Assembly: GCA_950097015.1 (NCBI GenBank)
Contig: CATNEN010000038.1
Coordinates: forward strand, 12,586,001-12,650,000
Direction: 5' to 3'
DNA: 64,000 nt
Source: Macrostomum hystrix
Taxonomy: Eukaryota; Animalia; Platyhelminthes
Shown here: positions 23,901 through 35,310 of the stretch, piece by piece
Layout: each line of letters starts with the position of its first letter
Position numbering within the stretch: the stretch's first letter is position 1
Made by a program: the position numbers and the translations under genes
Notes under the pieces: model-generated
What the model was told of the DNA's origin: nothing
Databases searched by the model: none
The model's input: only the letters and a program-made list of their open reading frames with translations

Positions 23901-24265
23901 GCAACCCTGGGCAGACCGCTGCTAATAAACTGCAGCATAGCCATCTGGGCGGTGGCGTCCTGCATGGCAACGCGATCCGGATGCAGCCTGAGGTAGCTCT
24001 CGCCACGTTTAATATCTTGATTATTGGGATCGGCCAGGTGGCTATAGAGAATCTTCTCGCTGAGGGTCATAGGCCGGGCTAGGCGCTTCCTGACCAGCAC
24101 CAGGTTGTGCTCCAGCACGTCAAAGTTGACATAGTGAGCCGGATCGAATCGGCTCATGGCCACCTGCTTGACCTTAGTCCGGCTAGATAGACCCCGCGCA
24201 ACCGGCTGTAGCGAGGCGGCAAGCGGTGAGCGCAGATGCGCCAGACGATTCAACATCATTGGCAT
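20992..24265 (-). CDS. ACO2: Mitochondrial aconitate hydratase, ~788 aa
   Basis: Exons 24265-23858, 23391-22123, 21988-21548, 21240-20992 (2367 nt). Motifs [63 protein letters not shown]. Arg/Ser/Leu/Ala-rich N-terminal presequence. Confidence 0.97.
21245..21535. repeat. Intronic ~19-bp minisatellite filling ACO2 intron 3
   Basis: gcggaggttgggtagata-like units. Confidence 0.9.
23494..23674. mobile_element. Non-autonomous hAT MITE in ACO2 intron 1
   Basis: 181 bp. Ends CAGGGGCCT.. / ..AGGCCACTG. Perfect 8-bp TSD ATCTGTTC at 23486-23493 and 23675-23682. Confidence 0.88.
23680..23755. repeat. Dispersed repeat with CAGTCCATGGACT(G) palindrome (also ~45100-45170 inverted, ~5020-5045)
   Basis: ttcagtccatggact..acgccacac..ggtacc is shared between the copies. 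Confidence 0.55.
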
Positions 24266-24448
24266 GGCTGCTGCTGCTGCTGCAATGCCATGCAACAATG
24301 CGAGTCTTCTTCTACGCCGCTTTTTTAGCTTGGATAATGCAAAAACACAATTAGCCCTAATGGATAATGAAGTTTTACCATAAAATATTTTGGGCCATAG
24401 CTTGAATATTTCTTTAAAATTGCAATTAAAATTATTTAAGTAAATACT

Positions 24449-24456
24449 ACTTCCGG
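24449..24456 (-). promoter_or_regulatory. ETS/GABP-like motif CCGGAAGT upstream of ACO2
   Basis: Single exact motif in AT-rich sequence ~185 bp upstream of the ATG. Confidence 0.3.
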
Positions 24457-24594
24457 TTAAATCTATTGAGGAAAATCACTATCGTCACTGCTATTTACGT
24501 ACAGAAAATAATGCCTGACCATTAGGTATAAAAAGACTATTAGATAGTAATCGGAACATAGAGTGTCGGATCAAGCTCTCAAATAAGAGTGGTC

Positions 24595-25645
24595 TGGGAT
24601 GTGGGATGTAGGATGTGGGAAGTAGGATGTGGGATATGGGAAGTAGGATGTAGGATGTGGGAAGTAGGATGTGGGATGTATGATGTGGGAAGTAGGATGT
24701 GGGATGTAGGATGTGGGATGTGGGAAGTAGGATGTGGGATGTGGGATGTAGGATGTGGGATGTGGAATGTATAATGTAGGATGGGATGTAGGATGTGGGA
24801 AGTAGGATGTGGGATGTGGGATGTGGGATGTGGGATGTAGTATGTGGGATGTGGGAAGTAGGATGTGGGATGTGAGATGTGGGATGTAGGATGTGGGATG
24901 TGGGAAGTAGGATGTGGGATGTGGGATGTATAATGTAGGATGGGATGTAGGATGTGGGAAGTAGGATGTGGGATGTGGGATGTGGGATGTAGTATGTGGG
25001 ATGTGGGAAGTAGGATGTGGGATGTGAGATGTGGGATGTAGGATGTGGGATGTGGGAAGTAGGATGTGGGATGTGGGATGTATAATGTAGGATGGGATGT
25101 AGGATGTGGGAAGTAGGATGTAGGATGTATGATGTGGGATGTGGGATTTGGAATGTGGTATGGAGGATGTGACATGCAGGATGTGGGATGTAGGATATGG
25201 GATGTAGGATGTAGGATGTGGGATGTAGGATGTGGGATGTAGGATGTGGGATATGGATGTAGGATGTGGGATGTGGGATGTATAATGTAGGATGGGCTGT
25301 AGGATGTGGGAAGTAGGATGTAGGATGTATGATGTGGGATGTGGGATTTGGAATGTGGTATGGAGGATGTGACATGCAGGATGTGGGATGTAGGATATGG
25401 GATGTAGGATGTAGGATGTGGGATGTAGGATGTGGGATGTAGGATGTGGGATATGGATGTAGGATGTGGGATGTGGGATGTATAATGTAGGATGGGCTGT
25501 AGGATGTGGGAAGTAGGATGTAGGATGTATGATGTGGGATGTGGGATTTGGAATGTGGTATGGAGGATGTGACATGCAGGATGTGGGATGTAGGATGTGG
25601 GATGTAGGATGTGGGATGTAGGATATAGGACGCGGGATGTGGGAA
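24595..25645. repeat. 7-bp satellite (GGATGTG/GGATGTA) with higher-order duplications
   Basis: Direct inspection. Confidence 0.96.
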
Positions 25646-26862
25646 TTCGCGTCACAATATGACAGATGACAAAAAGGAAGCAGACCAGACACAAAGACAC
25701 AGAGACCAGACACCAGACACAATGAGCCTTTACAGAAAGAGATAAATAAGACACGAAGGTACACAGATGCTAGAAACATTGACACAGAACAGAACGACAA
25801 GGACCACATGAGCTAGACACAAGGACACGAAAAGACAGACATACAGACAGACAGACAGACAGACACGGACACGGGGGAAATCCTTTTATCAAGCCTTATA
25901 ACTGATCTGGGTCACACGCATACAGTTCCTAGATCACAATAGGCAAAATGCAGAACAGCCAAGTGGCTTTGTATCGAATGATGAGGCATCACTGGCAAAC
26001 TGGCATAATCAAGCCAATCTATCCAAATCTTCATGTTGTAATAAATGAATGATATTTTATTTCTTAGTTCTTATTTCTTGCACTATTCAAAATATTAAAA
26101 TATTCGTATATATAATATAATAATATATGCTGCTATGCATAGGCAAATTACAGAAAAAATATCAATTGACATTTTAACATTTGAATGACATGAAATTATT
26201 ATAAACTGCTTTGCATGCCAAATAATATTAAAGAAATAATTCAGACAATGGATGAAAAAAAATATGATTTTCGTGACAAGGAAGCTTTACTAAGAACTGA
26301 AACTATAGCTACTACTGACAGTAACAAAAAAGTAAACACCAAGCGCAATTTATATAACAGTAATCATATTGGACAACTTAAAAAGCTGCGCAATATAAAA
26401 AATGCAACAAATTAAACAAATCAATGATATCGATTCGCGGAATCTATGTTAGTCCTCTTAAACGCCAGACAATAATCCACAACACAATACAATGCACGGG
26501 TAGGAACAAGCAAAGCATAACAGTTACAAAGAGGTATCAATAGATAACTTTTGAGTAAATTAATCATTACTTATCAGTTTGTTTGGATCATTTACCAGAA
26601 GCAATAAGAACTTCTGTATTTAATATAATAATAATACTTGCAGCAATGAGTCTTCCATAGCATAGGTCATGTGTTTAAAACAGGGATTTTTATTATGCAT
26701 TGTTGAATATAGCTCTACTAACAGTAGTAATAGTTTGCAAATACAAGGAGAATTACAACATGATGAGTAACTAGAAAATAGAAGCTTTGCGAGCTCATAC
26801 ACAGTTCATAACTAGTGATAAGCTTTATTAAATTAGACTCGCTGATCTGATTAATCGACTGA

Positions 26863-29800
26863 TCAGTATCCGGTATAATTATTTTGACGAAATTGGCGCT
26901 GTTGAAATGTCGCTGAACCTTGAACTAGGAACTGCGGCTGAGGCAGTGGCTGCTGCTGCTGAGGGCGTTGTAGGCTCTGATGACCATTGACGAGATGCTG
27001 CGGCTGCTGAAAGGTCATCTGACCCCCGCCAGTCATCAAGTCGGTGGTCAAGGAAGTGTCCATGATGAGCCCCTGCTGCTGCTGCATCTGATAGTCTGTC
27101 AGCGGCCCGGCTGGCGGCTTCTCGTGCGGCAGTATCAGCGGACGACCTGGCGCCGTTGGCCGCTCCTCCAGCTCCTCGGCGAAGATGATCGGCACCCGCT
27201 TGTTGGACAGCAGGCTGAGGTCGCCACGACCAGCTTGACGGCTTACTAGGAGCTGCTGCTGCTGCTGCTGCTGCTGATGCTGCTGTTGTTGCTGAAGGCG
27301 GCCTGGAGCTGAGGTCGGCTTCCGTCTATAAAGGCAGCAGGCCACGCCCAATGCGACAAGGAGGGCCAAGATCACCAGGCCGCAGGCGGGTAGCACGGTA
27401 ATCAGAATAACATTCGAGTCCTCGTTACCAATGGCAACACTGGAGCCACCGCCTCCGCTGCCGCCACCGGCGCCGCTCAAAACGCCATTGTTGGAAGTGG
27501 CACCACCGCCGCGCCCGGCTTCAATCACGCGGCCGCTGGGGCCCAGATGCAGGCCGAGCTTGTACCAGCCCTCGATGGCGTCCCAGCCGAGGCGGGAGCA
27601 GTCGCCGAATAGCAACTCGAAGGTGGTCAGGTGGGACACGCTGTGCGACTTTAGCACAGTTTCCAGGTGCTGACGAATTTGAGACCGGAGAAAAAATAGC
27701 TCATCCACGGGACAGGTGGTGTTGTACCGGCTCTGCCTGTCACGGTTCAGCTTGTTGGCTGCCAGGTAGGCCCAGCTCACAGTTACGTTGGTGCTGGAAA
27801 TAATTGGATGGTGAGTGAGTGAGTGAGTGAGTGAGTGAGTGTGAGTGAGTGAGTGAGTGTGTGAGTGAGTGTGAGTGAGTGAGTGAGTGAGTGAGTGAGT
27901 GTGAGTGAGTGTGTGAGTGAGTGAGTGAGTGAGTGAGTGAGTGAGTGAGTGTGTGAGTGAGTGTGAGTGAGTGAGTGTGTGAGTGAGTGAGTGAGTGAGT
28001 GAGTGAGTGAGTGAGTGTGAGTGAGTGAGTGAGTGTGTGAGTGAGTGAGTGTGAGTGAGTGAGTGAGTGAGTGTGAGTGTGTGTGTGAGTGAGTGAGTGA
28101 GTGAGTGAGTGAGTGAGTGAGTGAGTGAGTGAGTGAGTGTGTGTGTGAGTGAGTGAGTGAGTGAGTGTGAGTGAGTGAGTGAGTGAATGTGTGTGTGTGA
28201 GTGAGTGAGTGAGTGAGTGAGTGTGTGTGTGAGTGAGTGAGTGAGTGAGTGAGTGAGTGAATGTGTGTGAGTGAGTGAGTGAGTGAGTGAGTGAGTGAGT
28301 GAATGTGTGTGAGTGAGTGAGTGAGTGAGTGAGTGAGTGAGTGGGTTACTAGCGCACAGCAATGCACTCACACATGCGGCTGGGACATGCGGAGGTGCAT
28401 GAAGTCAGGCGCCCGAAGCTGCAAGTAAATATCCGAGTGGGACATCACCACACTCAGGATGTCGTACAATCGGCGGAAATAGTCGTGCAGGCCGCTACCG
28501 TCGCGTCTAGTTAGAGAGGCGTCAGCGCTGACGGTCGTGACAACCCGGTGATAGCGGAACTGATGGTTCAGGCTGGCGACTGTCACTAGCAGCTCTACTT
28601 CCACCTGGTAGGAATGACCATGGGATTATAGCGGATTGATCATAGGATAATGTAGATTGATCATAGGATAATGCGGATCGATCATAGGATTATGGCGGAT
28701 TTGTCATAGGATTATGGCGGATTGGTCATGGGATTATGGCGGATTGGTCATGGGATTATGGCGGTTGGTCATGGGATTATGGCGGTTGGTCATGGGATTA
28801 TGGCGGATTGATCATGGGATTATGGCGGATTGATCATGGGATTATGGCGGATTGATCATGGGATTATGGCGGATTGGTCATAGGACTATTGGATAATGGG
28901 TAATTGGGATTATGGCGGATCGATAAATGAGGTCATGGGGTAGATACTTAATCTACAATATTCTCCTTAATTCCGAGAGGATGTCACAACTTTACACACG
29001 GCAATACGGAGATTTTAAGTAGTGTTTGACTATATAAACAGGCTAGTGACCACTGAATTTTAGGGATTGTTAAAGACAGACTTGGAGTTGCTAATAGGAA
29101 TGAGCATTATTTACCGACTGGCCGCTAACTGGGTCGGTCACCAGCACGACAAATGGATTCTGGCCGACGTTGTCATCGAATGGAATTCCTTCGAAACGCA
29201 GAGACTTAGCATTCCAGGCGATGAAGCCGGTGCGAAGCTGGCAGGCGCCGGCAACCACCTGGGAGGAGGCGGAGGGGGAATTACCCACATTTTTCTTTTT
29301 TTGTATCTCCCAAATTATTCAACCAATTGCCGTGAAAATTTTCAATTTTCCAATCTATTCGATGAAACAACTTCCAGAATGACAAAACATCGGCATCGTC
29401 GAGATATTCAACGAATACCGTCGGAGTATCTGGTGGCAAAAAGCACCTTAATACGCATAATTTTTTGCAAAAGAGCAATGCTAGTTGTCCCTGCCACCAG
29501 GGTCTTCAACCAGAATCATTGAAAATTTCGATGCTTTGAAAGTTTTTTTATCGTAAAGGGTGGAAAATTTAGATTTATATGGTACACTTTCACGACAATC
29601 GGTCATTCGTTTAGGGAAAAAATGCGTGGTCTACTGCTAAGGACCATAAAGCGATATTGTAATTTACCTAGAACCAGCCGCTGCCTCACCTGTGTACAGA
29701 GTTGCATACGCATAACTGTCAAATTTCGTTTTCCGCTGGCGTCCGTGACGCAATTCGGCCGCCGAATCGGCCGGTAGAATGATTGGCCGGCGTACACTGT

Positions 29801-32800
29801 AAACGGCATGAGACAGTAGCGGCCGCCGCCCCGTATCGCGTAATTCACTCGGAGCGCCGGCGCGGCTGGCGTAGTCTGCATTGGCGAGGCCGTGGACGAC
29901 GGCGGAGCTGGAGAAATCTTTATGTTGGCGGCGTCGCAATCGGCCGAGTAGAACAGGTCTCTGAGGCGAATTCAGTGGTATCAGAATGTAAAAATTAACT
30001 GAGTAGTGTTCATATTATTTATATTATTTTAATAAGAAAAAAATCGAGAAACCTCCGGCGATAGCAGAGAATGTTTAAAAAAATATAAGTGACAATGAAA
30101 GTGTGACAATGAGAGAGTGACAATCAAATAGTGACAATCAAAGAGTGACAAATGAAGAGTGACGATTAAAGAGTGACAGTTAAAGAGTGATAATCAAATA
30201 GTGATAATCAAAGAGTGACAATCGAAGAGTAACAATCAAAGTGACCAGTTGTGACAGTGGAATAGTGAGTGACAGGCGATAAGTGACAAAATGAGACAAA
30301 ATGAATAGTCAGCACATATAAAAATGCAGCTGAAAATCACAGAAAATCACTCACGGCTTAAAGCTATAGTAAGAGTTGCTTGTACAGGTGTCCAGAGGAG
30401 TAACAGTAAGATCCGTAGGCTGCAGTGGCAGCAGGCTATTTACAAACTGAGGCTGGGGCTTCTTAGGCCGATCAGGGCAGTGCTGATACATGGCCTTGGC
30501 CATATCGATAATGGACATGCGAGGGCAGTAATTCTGGCCGTAGTTTCTAGTGTAACCGAATTCGATCTGCAGACTGCGCGAGTTGCCAACTGGTCGCACC
30601 AGGCGACGAAGGTGAATCTGACTATCAACGCGATAGGTGGAGTTGATTAACTCGGAGGCGACAAAGAAGTCCTTCAACCGATTAACAGTGTTATACAGAA
30701 GAGACGTGCTGCTAGTCAGCTTGTCGACGTAATCGGCCGGGCCATCAACGTACAGACTGTAGACGTGGTTGACCCACTCAGATCTGACGTAGTTCTGATT
30801 GATGTCCACGGTGGTTCGAATACTGCTGGCTTTCTCGTACCTGGCGCGGGGTTGGGTGAGGACTTTGGGATCAGAAATGCACTGCTTCACCTGATTGGAG
30901 AAACATCCTCTGATTTATCCCTGACCAGTTGGTGAAACATCCCCTCACCAACAGGTGAAACATAACCTCACCAACAGGTGAAACATAACCTCACCAACAG
31001 GTGAAACATAACCTCACCAACAGGTGAAACATAACCTTACCAACAGGTGAAACATCAGCTCACCAAAAGGTGAAACATCCCCTCAACAACAGATGAAACA
31101 TCCCCTCAACAACAGATGAAACATCCCCTCAACAACAGATGAAACATCCCCTCAACAACAGATGAAACATCCCCTCAACAACAGATGAAACATCCCCTCA
31201 ACAACAGATGAAACATCCCCTCAACAACAGATGAAACATCCCCTCAACAACAGATGAAACATCCTCTCAACAACAGATGAAACATCCCCTCAACAACAGA
31301 TGAAACATCCTCTCAACAACAGATGAAACATCCCCTCAACAACAGATGAAACATCCTCTCAACAACAGGACAGGAGAAACATCACCTCAACAACAGATGA
31401 AACATCCTCTCAACAACAGGTGAAACGTCATCTCAACAACAGGCCAAACATCCTCTCACAAACAGGTGAACCATCACCTCACCAACAGGTAAAACATCAC
31501 CTGATTCCTCGATGACCAGCAGCTCACCTGTTGATGCCAACAACGAAGACCTCCATGCTAACAATAGGACCAACTGTGTCATCACGCAGCCAGACCAGGC
31601 CATAGAGACTGTTAGTGGAGCGGTTGAATTGCACACTGGAGTTGGCCGCAAAATGTTTGCCGCAGTCGTTGGGCACCAGTGAGACGCACACAGTCAGGTT
31701 CGGGTCCAGGGCATCGGTGAAAAATCGCTCCGGTCGGATTGTCTAAGGTAAGTTTTTGTGGTTAAAAAATCTGAATAATTTAAAGGTACAAATAGCACGG
31801 AATTTAGATCCCAAGTAAAAGGGAATCGATATAACAAGAAACTGAATAGAGATCCCCTGATCAACAATCTAGATCTCCTGATTAACAATCTAGATCTCCT
31901 GATCAACAATCGAGATCCCCTGATCAACAATCTAGATCTCCTGATCAACAATCTAGATCTCCTGATCAACAATCTAGATTTCCTGATCAACAATCTAGAT
32001 CTCCTGATCAACAATCGAGATCCCAAAATAAGTAGGAACAACTCCAGCTCCTCACCTCGCTAAAGGGCAGCCCCAAGCTGTAGGTGAAAGGCTGCGTGAG
32101 TGGCAGCGGAACCGGCGCCAGAGGCTGCGGCACTCTCACGGTGAATCCGATCAGCATCTTGGCCCCGGTGCGGTCTTCCACTACCAGGCGGCAGCTGAGA
32201 ACAACGCCAATGTGCCGTCTAGACGGCCGGCCAACCAGCTGCTGGGAGCTGGCATTGTAGCTGCCAAAATCTGACAGGCTGTTGGTGGTGCCGCAGTTCT
32301 GCACGGAGCTGGTCAGGCTGTCCAAGCCGCGTCCAGTGGCTCGCTCGATGATAGTGTCGGGTGGCACAGTCAACCAGGTTGACCGGTCCACCGGGAACAG
32401 GTATTCCCGGCTGCCCAGCTCCTGGTTGCCACGAAGCAGAGGCACGCCAGGCGTGGTGATTGTGGTCGGCGGCGGCGCGGTTGTTGTGCTGATAGTAGTA
32501 GCAGTAGTGCGAACGGGTTCTGTCGATCTAAATTTGTTCAAAATAAATATGTATTTACATATAAATGTAAATAGAACTATTACTTGTAGTTCAGGCGACT
32601 TAAATGTTGATTTACCTGACTAGCGGCTTTGTGACTGGCACAGGTAGGTCAATTATTTGCACTGAAAGAGTCGATCTGCTAAAATAAATTAAGTGGAAAT
32701 TGTGTAGAACTTTTATTTTTAAGTTATATAGATACACAAGTAATCACTTTTAGCAAACAATTAACTAATTATCGAGTTATAAACAGCTTAACACTTCAAT

Positions 32801-35310
32801 ACGTATGATACCATAGGTCAAGCTATGCTCTGCGGTTCAAGGTCAGCTAAATACGGGTAAAAATTAAGGGGGAAAAGTCCTTTCTCTAGGCTGAGATTCG
32901 AACTCCCGACATCCCGGGTAGAAATCAGTAGACATCAGGAAACACTTCCATTTCTAAATTTGTAAAGTTGCAGGAAAGTAAAGCTTAACAGTAGAAAGAC
33001 CACGTATTTAGGTATTCTAAATACCCAAAATTTACTTTTTTCTGTGTCGCCTAAAATTTTCAACCAATCGCCACGAATATCCAGAACACGGGCTTCGATT
33101 TTCAGCTCTGTTCGATGAGACAACTTTCACAATCAACGATTCTAGAAGGGGTGTCTGGTGGTAAAAACCAATATTACATCATGTAACCACGTCGGCTGTA
33201 ATTGTTGGTTAAATGTATTCCCGTGCAAAAAAATTACAGGCACAAAAGAGAGTTTTTAATGTTCTTGACTATGTGTTTTGACCATCGGTGGTCACACTTG
33301 CATAACTTTTATGTTAAATATGTGAATGTGACCGTCAGGTGACCGTCAAGTGTGACCATTCTGTGACCCCCTGTGTAACAATCGAGTGTGACTGTTAAGT
33401 GACCATTATGTGACCATTTGAGGCCTGGTCACAATACAGGGTCACAGGGTACGGTCACAATGTTATCGTGGATGCCACAGTCACAAAGCAGGGTCACAAG
33501 GTTGGTCACTAATGCGACCTTTAATTTTGGTCACATATTGGTCACGTTACCGTCGGTTACCGTCATGTCACCAGGGTCTCCGACAAGAATCGCTGAATAT
33601 CTCGAAGATACTGATGGCTCGCTGACTCGGATGACTTTGAAAGTTTGTTTATAGTAAAGGGCGGAAAATTTCGATTCAGGGTGGACTTTCACGAAAATCG
33701 GTCATTCGGTTTGGGAGCTATCGTGAAGTAGACAGTGGGTTTTTTGAACCACCAATAGTTGTCTTTACCTCAGGAAAAATAGCGTGCTGTTTCTACCAAC
33801 TGTTAGTGTGGGGCAAACAGGTTACACGCAGCTTTTATTACATCAAATATTAATCTATGGATAAATTTAGGTAAAAATAAACATCAACGAGCAAATATCC
33901 CAAACTTGAATGGGTCAAATAGAAAAATTACCTTGCAGAAGGGGCCACAGTGGCCTTGCTGCTGTCAGGATCCTTTTTCTTCTCTCCGCCGACGCCGCCG
34001 TTTGGAAAATAATGCGGAGGAAAATACGCGCCCGAGCCTTCGATAGTGCCACCCAGACCGCCGCCAACACCGACAACGCCGCCGGACACCGCGCTGGACG
34101 AACCGGCGGCCGGGCCGGCCAAATCGGCGCCGCGATCTCTGGCACTCTGCTGGCTGCCTACATAGTCGCCAAGCTGCGGCTGAGGCGCCCGACGCATTCG
34201 CGAGCTGATGGCGCCTCCGTCTAACCGGTCGGCGACATACCAGAGAAGCACCGGCCAGCGGGTGAGGTCGCCCGTCATGGCCAGCCGCTCCAGGCGTTCC
34301 AAAGCCAGCAGGTGGCGCTCATCGATAGAGCCGCAGCCGACCTGCCAGGTCACCAAGGCGCCGGCTGTGCGGCGTACATTCGCGCTGCCAGGACCCGAGG
34401 CCAGCATGTACAGCGAAGGGCCAGTCTGGCTGCTGCTGCTGCTGCTGCTTGCAGTGGTGGCGGTGACTGTTCTGTCAGGTGAAACCTAAAATAATTTTTT
34501 TACATTCAAAGTTAAGAACCTCAAAGCGAAGTTATTATAAGTCTATGTGATCTAGCTAATCTGAAAACGCAGAAACTCAACTGTTTTAAATGCTTAATCA
34601 AATCTGAAGTCAAGCCAGATCCTAATAGTTAGATCCCACTTGTCAATCTTACGCAACTACGAGTAATTAAGCGCCTTTTCAACGAATCCCATGCTAATAG
34701 CCCCGATTTCATTTAAAATTATATTTTTTCTGTGATAGAGTCAGGAATCGAATCCCTGATCTTCCAGCCGTGTATCCGATGCTCAAATCACTAGACTACA
34801 GCCCGTAAAAACCTCGTATAAACAGTTCAGTCAAAAGCCCCTTGCCTGAAGAGCAGCGATGCGCACCCGCAGCCTCCCAGACAGATCCCGCAGCAGTCGG
34901 CATAGATCGGCAGGTTTTAGCAAGGCAGGATCGGCGTCCACTAGCACGGCTGCCATTGTCGGATACCGCCAGGAGCAGCCGGTGCCGTTGCCAACGCCAC
35001 CGGCAGCAGCAGTCGGGCCGTCAAGCACTTCAACTGTGGCGCTTAGAGACGGAACAAAGTGAATGCCAACGTCGCCAGCTAATGGAACGCCTTCAACAAC
35101 ACCCAGGCTGGCGTTATAATACAGCCAGGCTGGCATTGAGCTGGGCTGCTGCGGCTGCGTCTGCGGTGGCGCCCGACGAATAAAAATGCGGCCAACCCGA
35201 GCCCGCAGCTGCAGCGGCTGCGGCGCGCCAGACGATAACAACGAAACTGTCGGCAGCAACAGCAGCAGCAGATGCGGTACTGCCGCATCTAGCAACAAAG
35301 ACGGCGTCAT
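26863..35310 (-). CDS. DAG1: Dystroglycan homolog, ~1256 aa
   Basis: Exons 35310-34846, 34485-33932, 32527-32056, 31742-31528, 30840-30355, 29960-29690, 29258-29115, 28604-28372, 27793-26863 sum to 3771 nt in frame. Signal peptide; Ig1 (VGRIF..PAWL..EGVP..DVG); S6-like domain (VLVDAD..GPG..GALVTWQVGC..PVLLWYVA); Thr/Pro-rich stretch; further cadherin-like Ig domains; TM (ITVLPACG..ACCLYRRK); cytoplasmic VPIIFAEELEE and PLILPHEKPP. Confidence 0.9.
27810..28345. repeat. (GTGA)n microsatellite filling dystroglycan intron 8
   Basis: Direct inspection. Confidence 0.98.
28618..28920. repeat. ~21-bp intronic minisatellite
   Basis: catgggattatggcggattgg/at. Confidence 0.9.
29307..29617. mobile_element. 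Foldback MITE copy 1 (dystroglycan intron 6)
   Basis: Inverted arms ~29307-29437 and ~29494-29617 (tcccaaa..ccaattgccgtgaaa vs tttcacgacaatcggtcattcgtttaggga). Homologous to 33047-33717. Confidence 0.7.
30088..30300. repeat. ~14-bp degenerate intronic repeat
   Basis: agtgacaatcaaag. Confidence 0.8.
30930..31500. repeat. 23-bp intronic minisatellite
   Basis: aacaacagatgaaacatcccctc. Confidence 0.95.
31850..32025. repeat. 21-bp intronic minisatellite
   Basis: gatctcctgatcaacaatcta. Confidence 0.92.
32875..32935 (-). repeat. B-box-containing dispersed repeat (second copy ~35890-35935, + strand)
   Basis: gatttct..gtcgggagttcgaat(c/t)tcagcc..gagaa occurs at both loci. Confidence 0.5.
33047..33717. 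mobile_element. Foldback MITE copy 2 with a nested TGTGACC/GGTCACA-rich insert (~33270-33570)
   Basis: Right arm ctttgaaagttt..taaagg..gaaaattt..ctttcacga..atcggtcattcg is shared with 29534-29609. The left arm ends tctggtgg as in copy 1. Confidence 0.65.
34735..34803 (-). pseudogene. Degenerate tRNA-like or SINE head
   Basis: Minus strand reads TAGTCTAGTG (A-box-like) ... GGATTCGATTCC (B-box-like). No intact cloverleaf. Confidence 0.4.

Noticed and set aside
30841-30890. Dystroglycan exon 5 starting at the ORF-track start 30890
   Set aside because: The phase mismatch with exon 4 gives an immediate stop; the acceptor before 30840 restores the frame and the domain pattern.
34735-34803. Functional tRNA genes (also 16028, 32875, 35890, 51020)
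   Set aside because: A/B-box remnants only; acceptor and anticodon stems cannot be built.
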